A stretch of DNA of 42,936 bases from a virus (lineage: Duplodnaviria; Caudoviricetes). Below the pieces are notes generated by a model. That model was not told the DNA's origin. It saw only the letters and a program-made list of their open reading frames with translations, and made no database searches. This document shows positions 1 to 9,169 of the stretch, in pieces. Location: positions 1 through 42,936 of IMG/VR virus record IMGVR_UViG_3300032320_000989; one strand, 5' to 3'. The position numbers were made by a program, and so were the translations under genes. Positions within the stretch are counted from its first letter, which is position 1. Each line of letters opens with the position of its first letter.

Positions 1-1
1 G

Positions 2-424
2 TTAGTGATAAAAGAACTAAAACGCTTGGGGTTTGATTTTGAGTATAGCGAAACTCGAATATCGTCACCACCGTACAATAATAACTTCCTACATGACAGT
101 GACACTATGAATTTCTTTGCTGGATATATTTGCTCTGTTAATCCCAACATTGTCAATGTTGCTATGGGTATGCAGGCTAATGATGCCAATCAAAGTTTAG
201 AACTTCGCCGTAAACGTGCTGACCTAATACTTGGAGCATTTACAGAAGTTAAGAAAATCTATCCAGTGTTTGACATGACCAAACGTGAAATTTATGACAG
301 TTTACCAGATCCACTACGTAATATGTTTTGGAGTTGTAGACGTCCTGTATACACAGAAAAAAATATCCAACCTTGTGGAAAGTGCGGCACTTGTGCTAAG
401 TTAAAGGCTCAGGGTATACGTTAA
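2..424 (+). CDS. QueC-like (7-cyano-7-deazaguanine synthase / PP-loop family) protein, C-terminal part; 5'-truncated by the window edge
   Basis: C-terminal WSCRRP...PCGKCGTC matches the four-Cys zinc site of QueC (SC..CGxCxxC). The frame is open to the left edge and the N-terminal SGGxDS loop is not in the window. Confidence 0.6.
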   Translation, partial: LVIKELKRLGFDFEYSETRISSPPYNNNFLHDSDTMNFFAGYICSVNPNIVNVAMGMQANDANQSLELRRKRADLILGAFTEVKKIYPVFDMTKREIYDSLPDPLRNMFWSCRRPVYTEKNIQPCGKCGTCAKLKAQGIR

Positions 425-873
425 GACTTAAAGTTAAAGGCCACTGAGATTCTAAAATCGTCACTGTAGTTTTTCAATACTCTATGTGCTGTGTTGCCCG
501 AGAATAATAAAAAATCTTCTCTACTGGGTACAAATGTTTGGTACTCTTCGTGGTGGTTAAACTCTATAGCACCTGAATTCGCCTGCGTCTGTATGTACAA
601 TACTCCAACCCACTTGTAAGGATTATGTGTGTGCCAACGATATTCATCACCTGGAGCACCGCAGTTGAACCACCACTCGTCTATGGTCATTTCACCTATT
701 GACTCTGCCACTCTGTCAAGTGTGGACTGAAACCAAGGATAAGGATTGTTTCTAATTTTACGACTGTGCCAAGTACCGTGTACTCCACCACGACCTCTAT
801 CAAGGGTGTGGTAGAGTTTTACAACTTCTTCAGCAACACACTCATCTATTGTGATCTTGCTCTGAGTGAACAT
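421..873 (-). CDS. Putative Fe(II)/2OG oxygenase (TIGR02466-like, HxH type)
   Basis: WWFN..WHTH..VGVLYI..GAIEF..LLF..HRV..RISVAFN double-stranded beta-helix (DSBH) pattern. The stop overlaps the convergent QueC-like stop at TTAA 421-424. Confidence 0.8.
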   Translation of the reverse strand: MFTQSKITIDECVAEEVVKLYHTLDRGRGGVHGTWHSRKIRNNPYPWFQSTLDRVAESIGEMTIDEWWFNCGAPGDEYRWHTHNPYKWVGVLYIQTQANSGAIEFNHHEEYQTFVPSREDFLLFSGNTAHRVLKNYSDDFRISVAFNFKS

Positions 874-879
874 AATTTA

Positions 880-2760
880 TTATGTTGGGAAATCACTGCT
901 TAAGGCTACACCGTTATTGGTAATAATGTGATCGTTGCTGTCAACTGTTGGATTGACTTTACTCAAGAACAGTCTAGTATCTCCTTCAACACCATATGTT
1001 GTTGTGGCTGTAAATGCCCCTGTATACTTGGCAAAACTACTGATCCTAACCATGGCCAGTTTACCATCAAAGTGGCTTTCATAATTTGGAGCAAGTCGAC
1101 CAATGTATAGATTAGACGTGGCATTTGACCAACCGTTACCTAAATAGTTGCCAGAAGTTTTCGTCTGCTCAACTCCATTATAGTAGACTTTCTGTGTACC
1201 TGCGTTGTAGACCACTGCCACGTGTGTCCATTGGCCTGCTGTGGGTTCAGTATACTCAACCGCGTCGGTGTTTGATTGTGCGATACTTAAATGGCCCCCG
1301 GCCAAGCCAATCAGTATACTGTTGTTGTCGGGCATACCGTAATACCAACCACCCTGATTGATCAAGCCCCATTGGCCGCCAGGAATGTTTATGTTGGCAC
1401 TGGAAGCGTTGTTGGCCTTGATCCAAAACTCTATAGTGCCTGTTGTTCCTAAATTCCAATCGTTACCGCCCGCCACATTTAAGAAATCGCCTTGTGGCTG
1501 ATTAAATTCTAAACTTTGGAATCTTGGGAAGTCTGTGCTGGTTGTAACAGCGCCTTGAACTGAAATAGGATGTCTTCCAGGACCGCTGAAGTTTACTGTA
1601 CCTACAATACCCCATCCAGGTGAAACAGGCACTCCCCAATTGTCAGGATCTGCTGTGAACACCGCTCCAGTGACAGTTGAAGTTGTTGAATCGCTAACCT
1701 TTACCACTGTGTCGCCTGTCCGTATTTGATTATTTAGATCAGGATATGTTGCCTTGGAAATATAGATCCTAGCAACGTCACTAGTGACTGTGGCTACTCC
1801 ATTCAACTCATAAAGAGCCAGATCAGTCAAGGGATTATTACTACCCAACATCAGTCGAGTGTCTGATTCAACTCCATAAGACAGCGACGGGCTAAAGTTG
1901 TCTAGATACTTGGCTGTATTACTGATTCTGATCATGGCCAGTTTGCCAAGGAAGCCTTGACCGTTTACTCCTGCTCTGCGGCCAATGTTTAGATCTGATG
2001 AGCCGTTATTCAGCGTCATACTAAATTGCGTTTGATTCACTCCGTTGTAGTATAATCGGGTGTTGCTGACTCCGTTACGTACATACGCCACGTGAGTCCA
2101 CTCTCCTGGAGTAGGTTCTGCGTAGCCAACTTGACTATTGCTAATCAGTAAGCCTCCCTGCATATATCCTAGATCAATATTGCCATTGCTTGGACCTTGT
2201 GACATCACTGTTCGTATAGCACTGGGACTACTGGAACTAGCACTTTTACTCCAGAACTCGATGGTATATGTATTGCCCAAGTTCCAATCGCTTTGTGTAT
2301 TGGATACCAGTAGGTATGGATTGCCTGCTGGGAAGTCTAAACTAAACGGCGGCACTGGAGGTGTTAGGCTTGTGTCATTGATAGTAACTGGATCGCTGGT
2401 CGCTAATATTGGTCCCGTAATGCTACCTGATCGAACAGCAACAGTGAATGTTTCTGCTCCTTCGGTAGTAGCATCAGCGGTGGGTGATACTGTAAATGTT
2501 GCTAGGTAAGGACCTGTAAAAAGTCCATTACCGGCAACATCGATTGATCCGCTCGTAGTGGCAAAATCACCTGCATTGGTTTCTATAGTCCAGTAGTAAC
2601 TACCACCGGGGACATTAGTTCCACCAAAATTAAAGTTTAAGCCGCTACCTTCATTGACACTTTCTGGACCACCACTGAAAAATGGTGTCAATGTATAAGT
2701 TGTCGATAGTGGAGCGCCGCCACCAGTAGAGCTTGTTAATAATATCTGCGTTATTGGCAT
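880..2760 (-). CDS. Virion adhesin-like protein with an Ig/Calx-beta-like domain and two LamG (concanavalin A-like) domains
   Basis: ADATTEGAETFTV..V.INDTS Ig-like motif, then two copies of TIEFW..WTHVA.V..YYNGV..L.IGR..F.GKLAM.RIS..AKY. AGGA RBS upstream. Confidence 0.8.
   Translation of the reverse strand: MPITQILLTSSTGGGAPLSTTYTLTPFFSGGPESVNEGSGLNFNFGGTNVPGGSYYWTIETNAGDFATTSGSIDVAGNGLFTGPYLATFTVSPTADATTEGAETFTVAVRSGSITGPILATSDPVTINDTSLTPPVPPFSLDFPAGNPYLLVSNTQSDWNLGNTYTIEFWSKSASSSSPSAIRTVMSQGPSNGNIDLGYMQGGLLISNSQVGYAEPTPGEWTHVAYVRNGVSNTRLYYNGVNQTQFSMTLNNGSSDLNIGRRAGVNGQGFLGKLAMIRISNTAKYLDNFSPSLSYGVESDTRLMLGSNNPLTDLALYELNGVATVTSDVARIYISKATYPDLNNQIRTGDTVVKVSDSTTSTVTGAVFTADPDNWGVPVSPGWGIVGTVNFSGPGRHPISVQGAVTTSTDFPRFQSLEFNQPQGDFLNVAGGNDWNLGTTGTIEFWIKANNASSANINIPGGQWGLINQGGWYYGMPDNNSILIGLAGGHLSIAQSNTDAVEYTEPTAGQWTHVAVVYNAGTQKVYYNGVEQTKTSGNYLGNGWSNATSNLYIGRLAPNYESHFDGKLAMVRISSFAKYTGAFTATTTYGVEGDTRLFLSKVNPTVDSNDHIITNNGVALSSDFPT
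883..2349 (-). repeat. Internal duplication of the LamG domain (about 883-1521 and about 1820-2349)
   Basis: DWNLGNTYTIEFWSK vs DWNLGTTGTIEFWIK; EPTPGEWTHVA vs EPTAGQWTHVA; GKLAMIRISNTAKY vs GKLAMVRISSFAKY; YGVESDTRL vs YGVEGDTRL. Confidence 0.85.
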
Positions 2761-2769
2761 TGTGTTTCC

Positions 2770-5700
2770 TTAACTGTTATCTGACACATTGCCAGTGAGA
2801 AACCACAAACCGTTTTCAACTTTAATCAACGTAGCCATACCTTGATTAGCAAGCGACCAGTAGCCTGACAATGTTTGTTCTGGACCTATAATATCTATAT
2901 TATTTCCAGCACTGTCAATGTCAATAGGGTCGCCACTGTTGTTGATAACTGTCACAACAAAACCTATGGGCAGTGGAATATCTTCGTGGTAAGGAACAAC
3001 AACCCTTGACGCATCATTTGTAATGTAGATATGTTTGCCCATATCCTCTATGCTGAGTCTATGGTCTGCACCGTTGGTCAGTGCCACTTGAGGAATCATC
3101 TGCGCAGATGTGGTTTGACGTGTGCCGTCCGCAAACTCAATAGCACCACCATCACGATCCAACATGACATCTAGATTTTGATAGTAGTTGTCTTCGCTAG
3201 GATCCCACCAGTTCGGGAAGAAGTACATGTCCACAGTTTCGAAATCGCCGGTGCCCACTACAGGTGTAACCGCTGTGGCTTCTGTGGCCCAAATCTTGTC
3301 CACATTGTATTGTTCTTGCTGAACAACCCAAGAACCATAAGCACCATCACAGTCTCCAGTCTTGGGCAGTTTTACTAGGAAACCGTTAAGAGCACTGTTT
3401 CCACTGGTATAACCTGACACATACAAGTGATCAGAGTCTATAGTTAGATTGCGTCCATTCTTAAAGGCTTCAGTAGTGCCATCACCTTGTCTAATAAGTG
3501 TGCCAAAGAAGTTGCGCCACGCAATTTCACCGTTGGCGTTAAACTTGATAACCTTGATAATGTTGTTGTATTGATTTTCAAAGTTGCTTTCTATTACAGC
3601 ATAGATATCACCGTTGCTGTCTATGGCCACTGAACTGTCATCACTTGAATGTGTTTTACGTTGCCACTTGACAGCACCTGTGTTGTCAAGTTTAGTAATA
3701 ACGGTTTGACTATCAGTTCCATTTTGGTGAGTGACCACTACGCTATTGCCTTGAGCTGACACGCATTTAGCATAGCAGTTGGCAATAGTATCGTTCAGTG
3801 CCTTGGTCCATTGATGTACGCCTGCGCTGTTAAACTTTGAAACCACAGCACACCAGTAGTTGGTGAGATCTGCTCCTGCGAACGTGTCGTTGTATTTGGT
3901 CATTTCACCTACAGCATAGATATCAGTCCCACTGACAGCCACTGACAAGTAACGATCAGTAACTTCTTCTTCACCACCACTGACTGTTTTACTCCAGTCT
4001 ATGGTAAAGTTGCCTGTCAACTCATCAGTTGTACCAGCAAGTACAAATGCTTCGCCATCTAGTGGCTGTAGCATATTGTAAGTGCCTGTGCTGTAGTCTG
4101 GCGTTTGGCCAGTAGTCTGTATTCTCCAATAGGTAGTTGGAGCAGTACCTGTAACTGAACCAACGGTAGCAACACCGCCAACACCGCCAACACTAGCATC
4201 AACCACTGTCATTGTGATATCGTTGGCTGGGCTTGTGCCGCCTGGGAACTGTGTGCCTACGATAGTTAATACATCGCCATTGGAATAATCATTTCCAGCA
4301 GTGTCAATCGCATAAAGATAGTCAACTGTTCCATTAACCGCAGGTACCACTGTTACTGTACACCCTTGTCCACTACCTTGATTTACTGTTGTAGTCAATC
4401 CAGAATAGCGATTCACTGAATCAACAGCCACACGCCCAGTAATGCTTGTACCACTGACATACCACCCAGTATCTGGATACTGACTAGTACTGCCAATAAT
4501 ATTTGCTCTTAGGAACACTAATACTCCAGTACCGCTGCCGGTTGCGGCTGTTACTGATAAAGGTCTATATTCGTCATACTTGCGACCGACTACTATCACT
4601 GTGCCGTCACTTAAAAAGTCTAAGTCGTAGCCCAAACAGCCATTGTTATTGCCAGTATCTCTAATGCCTGCTTGGCGAACAACTTGAGCAGTGTCTGGAT
4701 CAATTTCTATCAATGCTGTATTGTCTTCTGAACCATACATTTCAGCCAACACCATAATATTGCCTGTGACTGGGTTAATTTTTACAGCATTACATCTTGA
4801 GCTATAACCGTCGCCGTCTTCTCCTAGTCTAATAGTCCATAGTATTTCACCTTGGCTGTTGTAACGTGCCACAAATCCTTGACTGTAATCATCTGATCTT
4901 CCTACCATGTAGACATCACCTGTTTCTGGGTCTACACAGTTAGCCCTTGGAGTTATATCGTCGGTGGTGTTGGTAGTAGGTCCAAATATTGAGAACCAAC
5001 CAATTTGTGTTTGTACAAGTTTTATATCGCCATCGTTGGGAATAGTCAATGTGCCGTCATTGCCGAACACATATTCGTAAGGTGCTGATGTTGATATCTG
5101 TTGTGCTAATAAGGCATCTTCGTAGGTTATGCTGGCATTAGTAACATCAATGTCTTCTGTTAAATCTGTTACAATAGGGCCTGAATAAGGAAAGCCTTCT
5201 ACTTCTATTAAATCAAATAGAGTTGTTAGTTTGCCTGGAATGCGGCTGGCTTTGACTGTGAACTTTTCATTGCCTGAACCCACAGTCATTTCACGACCGT
5301 CCTGGTCAATTTGGAATGTGATACTTTCCCAGTAGGCTTCATCGTAGGCCTGGCCGTATGTTTCTTTTTGTTTAACTGAAACTTGTACAGCCAACTTGCC
5401 GTCAGTACTGACAGAAAGATTTCTACCGCTGTTGGAATTATAGTCATAATTGCCAACATTCGTACCCTCGTCCTTGCTTTGATAAAACAAGTAGCCCGCT
5501 GGTTCTATATAGCGTTGCCACAAGACTATGCCCGCAGTAGAATACTTGGCAACAACCAACACATTGGTGTTGTTGTCTACGTAATCGGGGGAGGCATCTC
5601 TAGTTGGATTGGCCTGTGCCACAGTCAATGCTGATAGATAAACGTTACCTGCGCTGTCGCAGTCAATGCCTGTGCCCACTGACTCGCAAGGGCCTGGACC

Positions 5701-8700
5701 AATTCTACGTGTCCACTGTACGGCTCCTGCGCTGTTGAGTTTAACCACATGTGCTATGGTTACGTTATAATCATTGGCAAATTCGTTTACAAGTTCTTGA
5801 CGACTGTTGAAACTGACAAAGATATTGTTCTGACTGTCAACGGTAACATCACCGCTGGTACAATCTTGAATTTGATAGTCTGTGAGAATTTTGGTCCAAA
5901 TTTCTGAACCGTCTGTACCGCTGAATTTGGCCACATAACTTAAGGTAGGACCCGGACTGTAGGCTACACCCACTACCACAATATTACCTTGACTGTCTAT
6001 GTCCATACCATAGGCTTCATCACTTATGCCTTCGTTAAACTGAATGCTGTTGGCCCAGACCAATGCGCCAGTGCTGTTGACAATCTTCATCAACCAAGTG
6101 ATGTCATACTCAGTACTGCCGTCGTAGTATCTAGCGGCTATGTAGGTATGTGTATTGTCTGTGGCAGACCCTGCGGCTTCAACAAATGTATTAACTCCTA
6201 CTCTAGTTACTCTGTAGGATTTAGTTTCAATGCTGAGAGTTATTGTGGTTGCGTTGGGCAAGTATACTGGTGTATAGTCATCACCACTGACGTATGCGCC
6301 AATGGCAGTAACCGTTTCAATTGTGGTCCAAGTATTGCTTGCTCCCACGGCTTCTTGCAGGCTCCATCCACTGTACGAACTTAAATTTCCGTAGTCACCA
6401 GGTAACTCAATTACTTTTACAGGGTTGCTGTTGTATGTGCCAGACGTCAGTGTATTGTTACCAGGGTCGATAGTATTGGTGATATTGCTGGTAACTGTAG
6501 AGTGATATAATTTCTTCCACTGCTCCACACCTTCGCTGTTGAATTTGATCACAACCAATGAGTCTTGACCATCAACAGCATCGTCCTGATTGAACATAAC
6601 AATGATATTATTGCTAGAGTCTATGACAATGTCGTGTCCTTGACTGTCATCAGCATCTTGAACAATTTGTTTTTGCCATAACAGTGAACCTGCGCTGGTA
6701 AATTTGCTGATGATTAGTTTATCTGTGTAATCGTCAGTTTCCGTATTTTGGACTTCGCTGACATGTAGGGTAACCAAGTTGCCCTCACTGTCATACTCTA
6801 CCGCAGATGATTCAACACCGCCATCATGGTTGTTGGCACGATTTACTATGGCAAAGTATTCTGTGTTGCCCACTGTGATTTTAACTTCTTTGTCGTTGGT
6901 AAGACTGACACTTTCAACAGCGCCAAATGTACCGTAGGCAAAGTCGTTAAAGTATTCGCCATTGACATCTGCCAGTTGTGTCCATGTGACGCCATTACTG
7001 CTTCTAAATATCTGCTCATCATCGTTGCCAATGTAGTAGTACGCTGGACTTGTGCCAGCCGCATCAAAGTATTGGCCATGGCTCATTGTCAGTGTACCAC
7101 CTGATACAAATGGATCAAACGTGCTGGAGTCAAGAGCTGTGGTCATTTCCAAGTCGGTGTACAATGTATTATCACTTGTTTTATAGTAGTAAGTGCCGTT
7201 GAATTGGTCTGAGCCAGTGATAACAATTTTTTCGTTGTTGCGTAGCGATGCGCTTGGGCCGGACCCACTGTAGGTCAATACTGCTGGGTTAGCTCTACTA
7301 ATAGAAAAGTTTGTAGTTGTATATGGCAAGGGAATTGACACAATGACGCCAGGCCCCATCTGATTGACTGTTGCTGTATACACTTGTCCGTCATTGGTTA
7401 CTGCTATAAAGCCATCAGCGTCATAGGCTACTTCACTAATGTTGGCGGGCAAGTAACCAATCTGATTTATTATGGAATCAGTAAAGTACTCAGTGTCTAG
7501 ACTGTAGTCCTCAGGATCAGTACCCCAGCCATACCAAACGTCATCGTTTGTGCCAAGTAGAATCATGTATCCTGGTGGCCCACCGTATTGAACCACCGTG
7601 AAAGGTGCTGTGCGACTTACGTCAAGGTCAATGGCCACGTGAGTGGTTCCAGTTAATGGCACTGTAACATCGTCAGTTATGAAAATACCACCAAATGCTT
7701 CAGAATCGCCAAGACTACTGGAAATAACAAATTCGCCTGTTTCAGCCATGTAGGCAACGTCTGTTAGTTGCCAATCGTCGTTGCCAGTGTTAAATCCTGC
7801 GCCAAATTGCGTGTCAAACGGTACCAAGGTCCAACTAATACCGTTAGTGCTGTGTGCTACGACAGGGTAGTAATTGGTAGTGTCAGCAATATAGCCAACT
7901 GCTACCCACTTGTTAGGCTCGTCAAAGTAGCGTACTTGAGTCCAAACTACGTCATTACTTTCAAACGTATCAGTGCCTGTACACAATGCTACCGTGCCAA
8001 TAACAGTGGAATAATACATTCCTGGAGCACCAGTACCCGGAGGACCATCACCGCCAGCGATATAGACAATAACACCGTTGTGTACTGCTACTCGACTGAT
8101 ACCAGGCATACCGCTTGGCACAGGATCGCCCCATGTAACACCATCAGTGGATGTAACAATGTTGCCATCAACGTTGGCCATGATATAGATTAGGCCAGTG
8201 GAACTGCCGCCACTGGTTTGTCCAGTGTAGGCTGTAGTTTGTACGCTACCGTCTGGGAATGTTATACTACCGTCTGGAGCAAAGGTCCATATTTTATCGT
8301 CCTCGTTTATACTAACAAGTAATGGTTCTGGACCGTTAGTACCAATAACGGCAACACCAGTATCGGTTTCTAAGTTTAAGAAACCTGTGCCACCTACATA
8401 TAAAGTGTTTTCATCAAACACAACATTGCCAGTGTTAGCATTGCCGCTAATATCACTAGTAGCATCACTATCTTCCGGATCTTCTTCTTCGTTTTCTTCA
8501 CCCGGATTAATAACTTTAGTAGCAACAAACTTGCCGTTAACGTTGGTGAGTTTAATATTGTCTAAGTAGATACTGCCGCCTGCGGTATAAACGTGACGCC
8601 ATTGATTAGTTGGACTACCCAGATCGTAGGTATTATCTGCGGCTGGCACGATATTTGTGTTGGGATCGTAGATGCTGGCAAGCCCAGTCCAGGTAGATGA

Positions 8701-8823
8701 GCCATCACCAATTTTTAAAATATTGTTGGTAATATCGTAACCAGGCTCTCCTGATGCTAAAACTGGATCTTCTGACGCCCAGTTAGCCGCTGTGTCTCTT
8801 CTTAATTTAATCTGCGTTGCCAT
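2770..8823 (-). CDS. Large tail fibre / receptor-binding protein (Mtd_N/hyaluronidase-type N-terminus, several beta-propeller regions)
   Basis: N-terminus IKLRRDTAANW...PVLASGEPGY..KIGDG..W is the Mtd N-terminal-type motif. Many DS.GN.Y / K(F/Y)NS.G..QW.K propeller-blade repeats. AGAGG RBS. Confidence 0.8.
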   Translation of the reverse strand: MATQIKLRRDTAANWASEDPVLASGEPGYDITNNILKIGDGSSTWTGLASIYDPNTNIVPAADNTYDLGSPTNQWRHVYTAGGSIYLDNIKLTNVNGKFVATKVINPGEENEEEDPEDSDATSDISGNANTGNVVFDENTLYVGGTGFLNLETDTGVAVIGTNGPEPLLVSINEDDKIWTFAPDGSITFPDGSVQTTAYTGQTSGGSSTGLIYIMANVDGNIVTSTDGVTWGDPVPSGMPGISRVAVHNGVIVYIAGGDGPPGTGAPGMYYSTVIGTVALCTGTDTFESNDVVWTQVRYFDEPNKWVAVGYIADTTNYYPVVAHSTNGISWTLVPFDTQFGAGFNTGNDDWQLTDVAYMAETGEFVISSSLGDSEAFGGIFITDDVTVPLTGTTHVAIDLDVSRTAPFTVVQYGGPPGYMILLGTNDDVWYGWGTDPEDYSLDTEYFTDSIINQIGYLPANISEVAYDADGFIAVTNDGQVYTATVNQMGPGVIVSIPLPYTTTNFSISRANPAVLTYSGSGPSASLRNNEKIVITGSDQFNGTYYYKTSDNTLYTDLEMTTALDSSTFDPFVSGGTLTMSHGQYFDAAGTSPAYYYIGNDDEQIFRSSNGVTWTQLADVNGEYFNDFAYGTFGAVESVSLTNDKEVKITVGNTEYFAIVNRANNHDGGVESSAVEYDSEGNLVTLHVSEVQNTETDDYTDKLIISKFTSAGSLLWQKQIVQDADDSQGHDIVIDSSNNIIVMFNQDDAVDGQDSLVVIKFNSEGVEQWKKLYHSTVTSNITNTIDPGNNTLTSGTYNSNPVKVIELPGDYGNLSSYSGWSLQEAVGASNTWTTIETVTAIGAYVSGDDYTPVYLPNATTITLSIETKSYRVTRVGVNTFVEAAGSATDNTHTYIAARYYDGSTEYDITWLMKIVNSTGALVWANSIQFNEGISDEAYGMDIDSQGNIVVVGVAYSPGPTLSYVAKFSGTDGSEIWTKILTDYQIQDCTSGDVTVDSQNNIFVSFNSRQELVNEFANDYNVTIAHVVKLNSAGAVQWTRRIGPGPCESVGTGIDCDSAGNVYLSALTVAQANPTRDASPDYVDNNTNVLVVAKYSTAGIVLWQRYIEPAGYLFYQSKDEGTNVGNYDYNSNSGRNLSVSTDGKLAVQVSVKQKETYGQAYDEAYWESITFQIDQDGREMTVGSGNEKFTVKASRIPGKLTTLFDLIEVEGFPYSGPIVTDLTEDIDVTNASITYEDALLAQQISTSAPYEYVFGNDGTLTIPNDGDIKLVQTQIGWFSIFGPTTNTTDDITPRANCVDPETGDVYMVGRSDDYSQGFVARYNSQGEILWTIRLGEDGDGYSSRCNAVKINPVTGNIMVLAEMYGSEDNTALIEIDPDTAQVVRQAGIRDTGNNNGCLGYDLDFLSDGTVIVVGRKYDEYRPLSVTAATGSGTGVLVFLRANIIGSTSQYPDTGWYVSGTSITGRVAVDSVNRYSGLTTTVNQGSGQGCTVTVVPAVNGTVDYLYAIDTAGNDYSNGDVLTIVGTQFPGGTSPANDITMTVVDASVGGVGGVATVGSVTGTAPTTYWRIQTTGQTPDYSTGTYNMLQPLDGEAFVLAGTTDELTGNFTIDWSKTVSGGEEEVTDRYLSVAVSGTDIYAVGEMTKYNDTFAGADLTNYWCAVVSKFNSAGVHQWTKALNDTIANCYAKCVSAQGNSVVVTHQNGTDSQTVITKLDNTGAVKWQRKTHSSDDSSVAIDSNGDIYAVIESNFENQYNNIIKVIKFNANGEIAWRNFFGTLIRQGDGTTEAFKNGRNLTIDSDHLYVSGYTSGNSALNGFLVKLPKTGDCDGAYGSWVVQQEQYNVDKIWATEATAVTPVVGTGDFETVDMYFFPNWWDPSEDNYYQNLDVMLDRDGGAIEFADGTRQTTSAQMIPQVALTNGADHRLSIEDMGKHIYITNDASRVVVPYHEDIPLPIGFVVTVINNSGDPIDIDSAGNNIDIIGPEQTLSGYWSLANQGMATLIKVENGLWFLTGNVSDNS

Positions 8824-8834
8824 TGTTAATCCTC

Positions 8835-9113
8835 TTAATATGTGGTTGCGGCATTGCCGCCGTCAATTAAAACTGTCAAATTTAACTTATTGTCTGCATC
8901 AACGTATGTTGCTGTTATGCCGCTGTGTGTACCGTTGGTAAACATCAATGCCGCATAATCCTGGGCTAATTCCTGTAATTCTGCCGCAGATCCCTGCCCT
9001 GCAAGAATGTATAATTCTTCAAAATTTTGATTTGTTTTGTTAAAAGCATCGCGTACTGTGTCGCCGTCTTTAGCGTTTAGCGCAGTACCGATATTAATTG
9101 TTTGTTTGGCCAT
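8835..9113 (-). CDS. Small virion protein with a T4 gp9/gp10 baseplate-type N-terminal motif
   Basis: MAKQTINIG..N..DGDTVRDAFNKTNQNFEELY matches the conserved gp9/gp10 N-terminal segment. Confidence 0.75.
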   Translation of the reverse strand: MAKQTINIGTALNAKDGDTVRDAFNKTNQNFEELYILAGQGSAAELQELAQDYAALMFTNGTHSGITATYVDADNKLNLTVLIDGGNAATTY

Positions 9114-9141
9114 GATTTCGTCCCAATAAGCTCGCTATCAG

Positions 9142-9162
9142 TATTTATCGTAGCGATAAATA
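9142..9162. promoter_or_regulatory. Back-to-back divergent T4-type late promoters forming a 9-bp inverted repeat
   Basis: TATTTATCG-tag-CGATAAATA gives GATAAATA on both strands, in the gap between divergent structural genes. Confidence 0.75.
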
Positions 9163-9169
9163 TATTACT

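Noticed and set aside
2770-8823. Diversity-generating retroelement target, suggested by the Mtd-like N-terminus
   Set aside because: Only the N-terminal anchor motif is Mtd-like. No reverse transcriptase, no C-type-lectin variable region and no TR/VR repeat pair differing at adenines was seen in the window.
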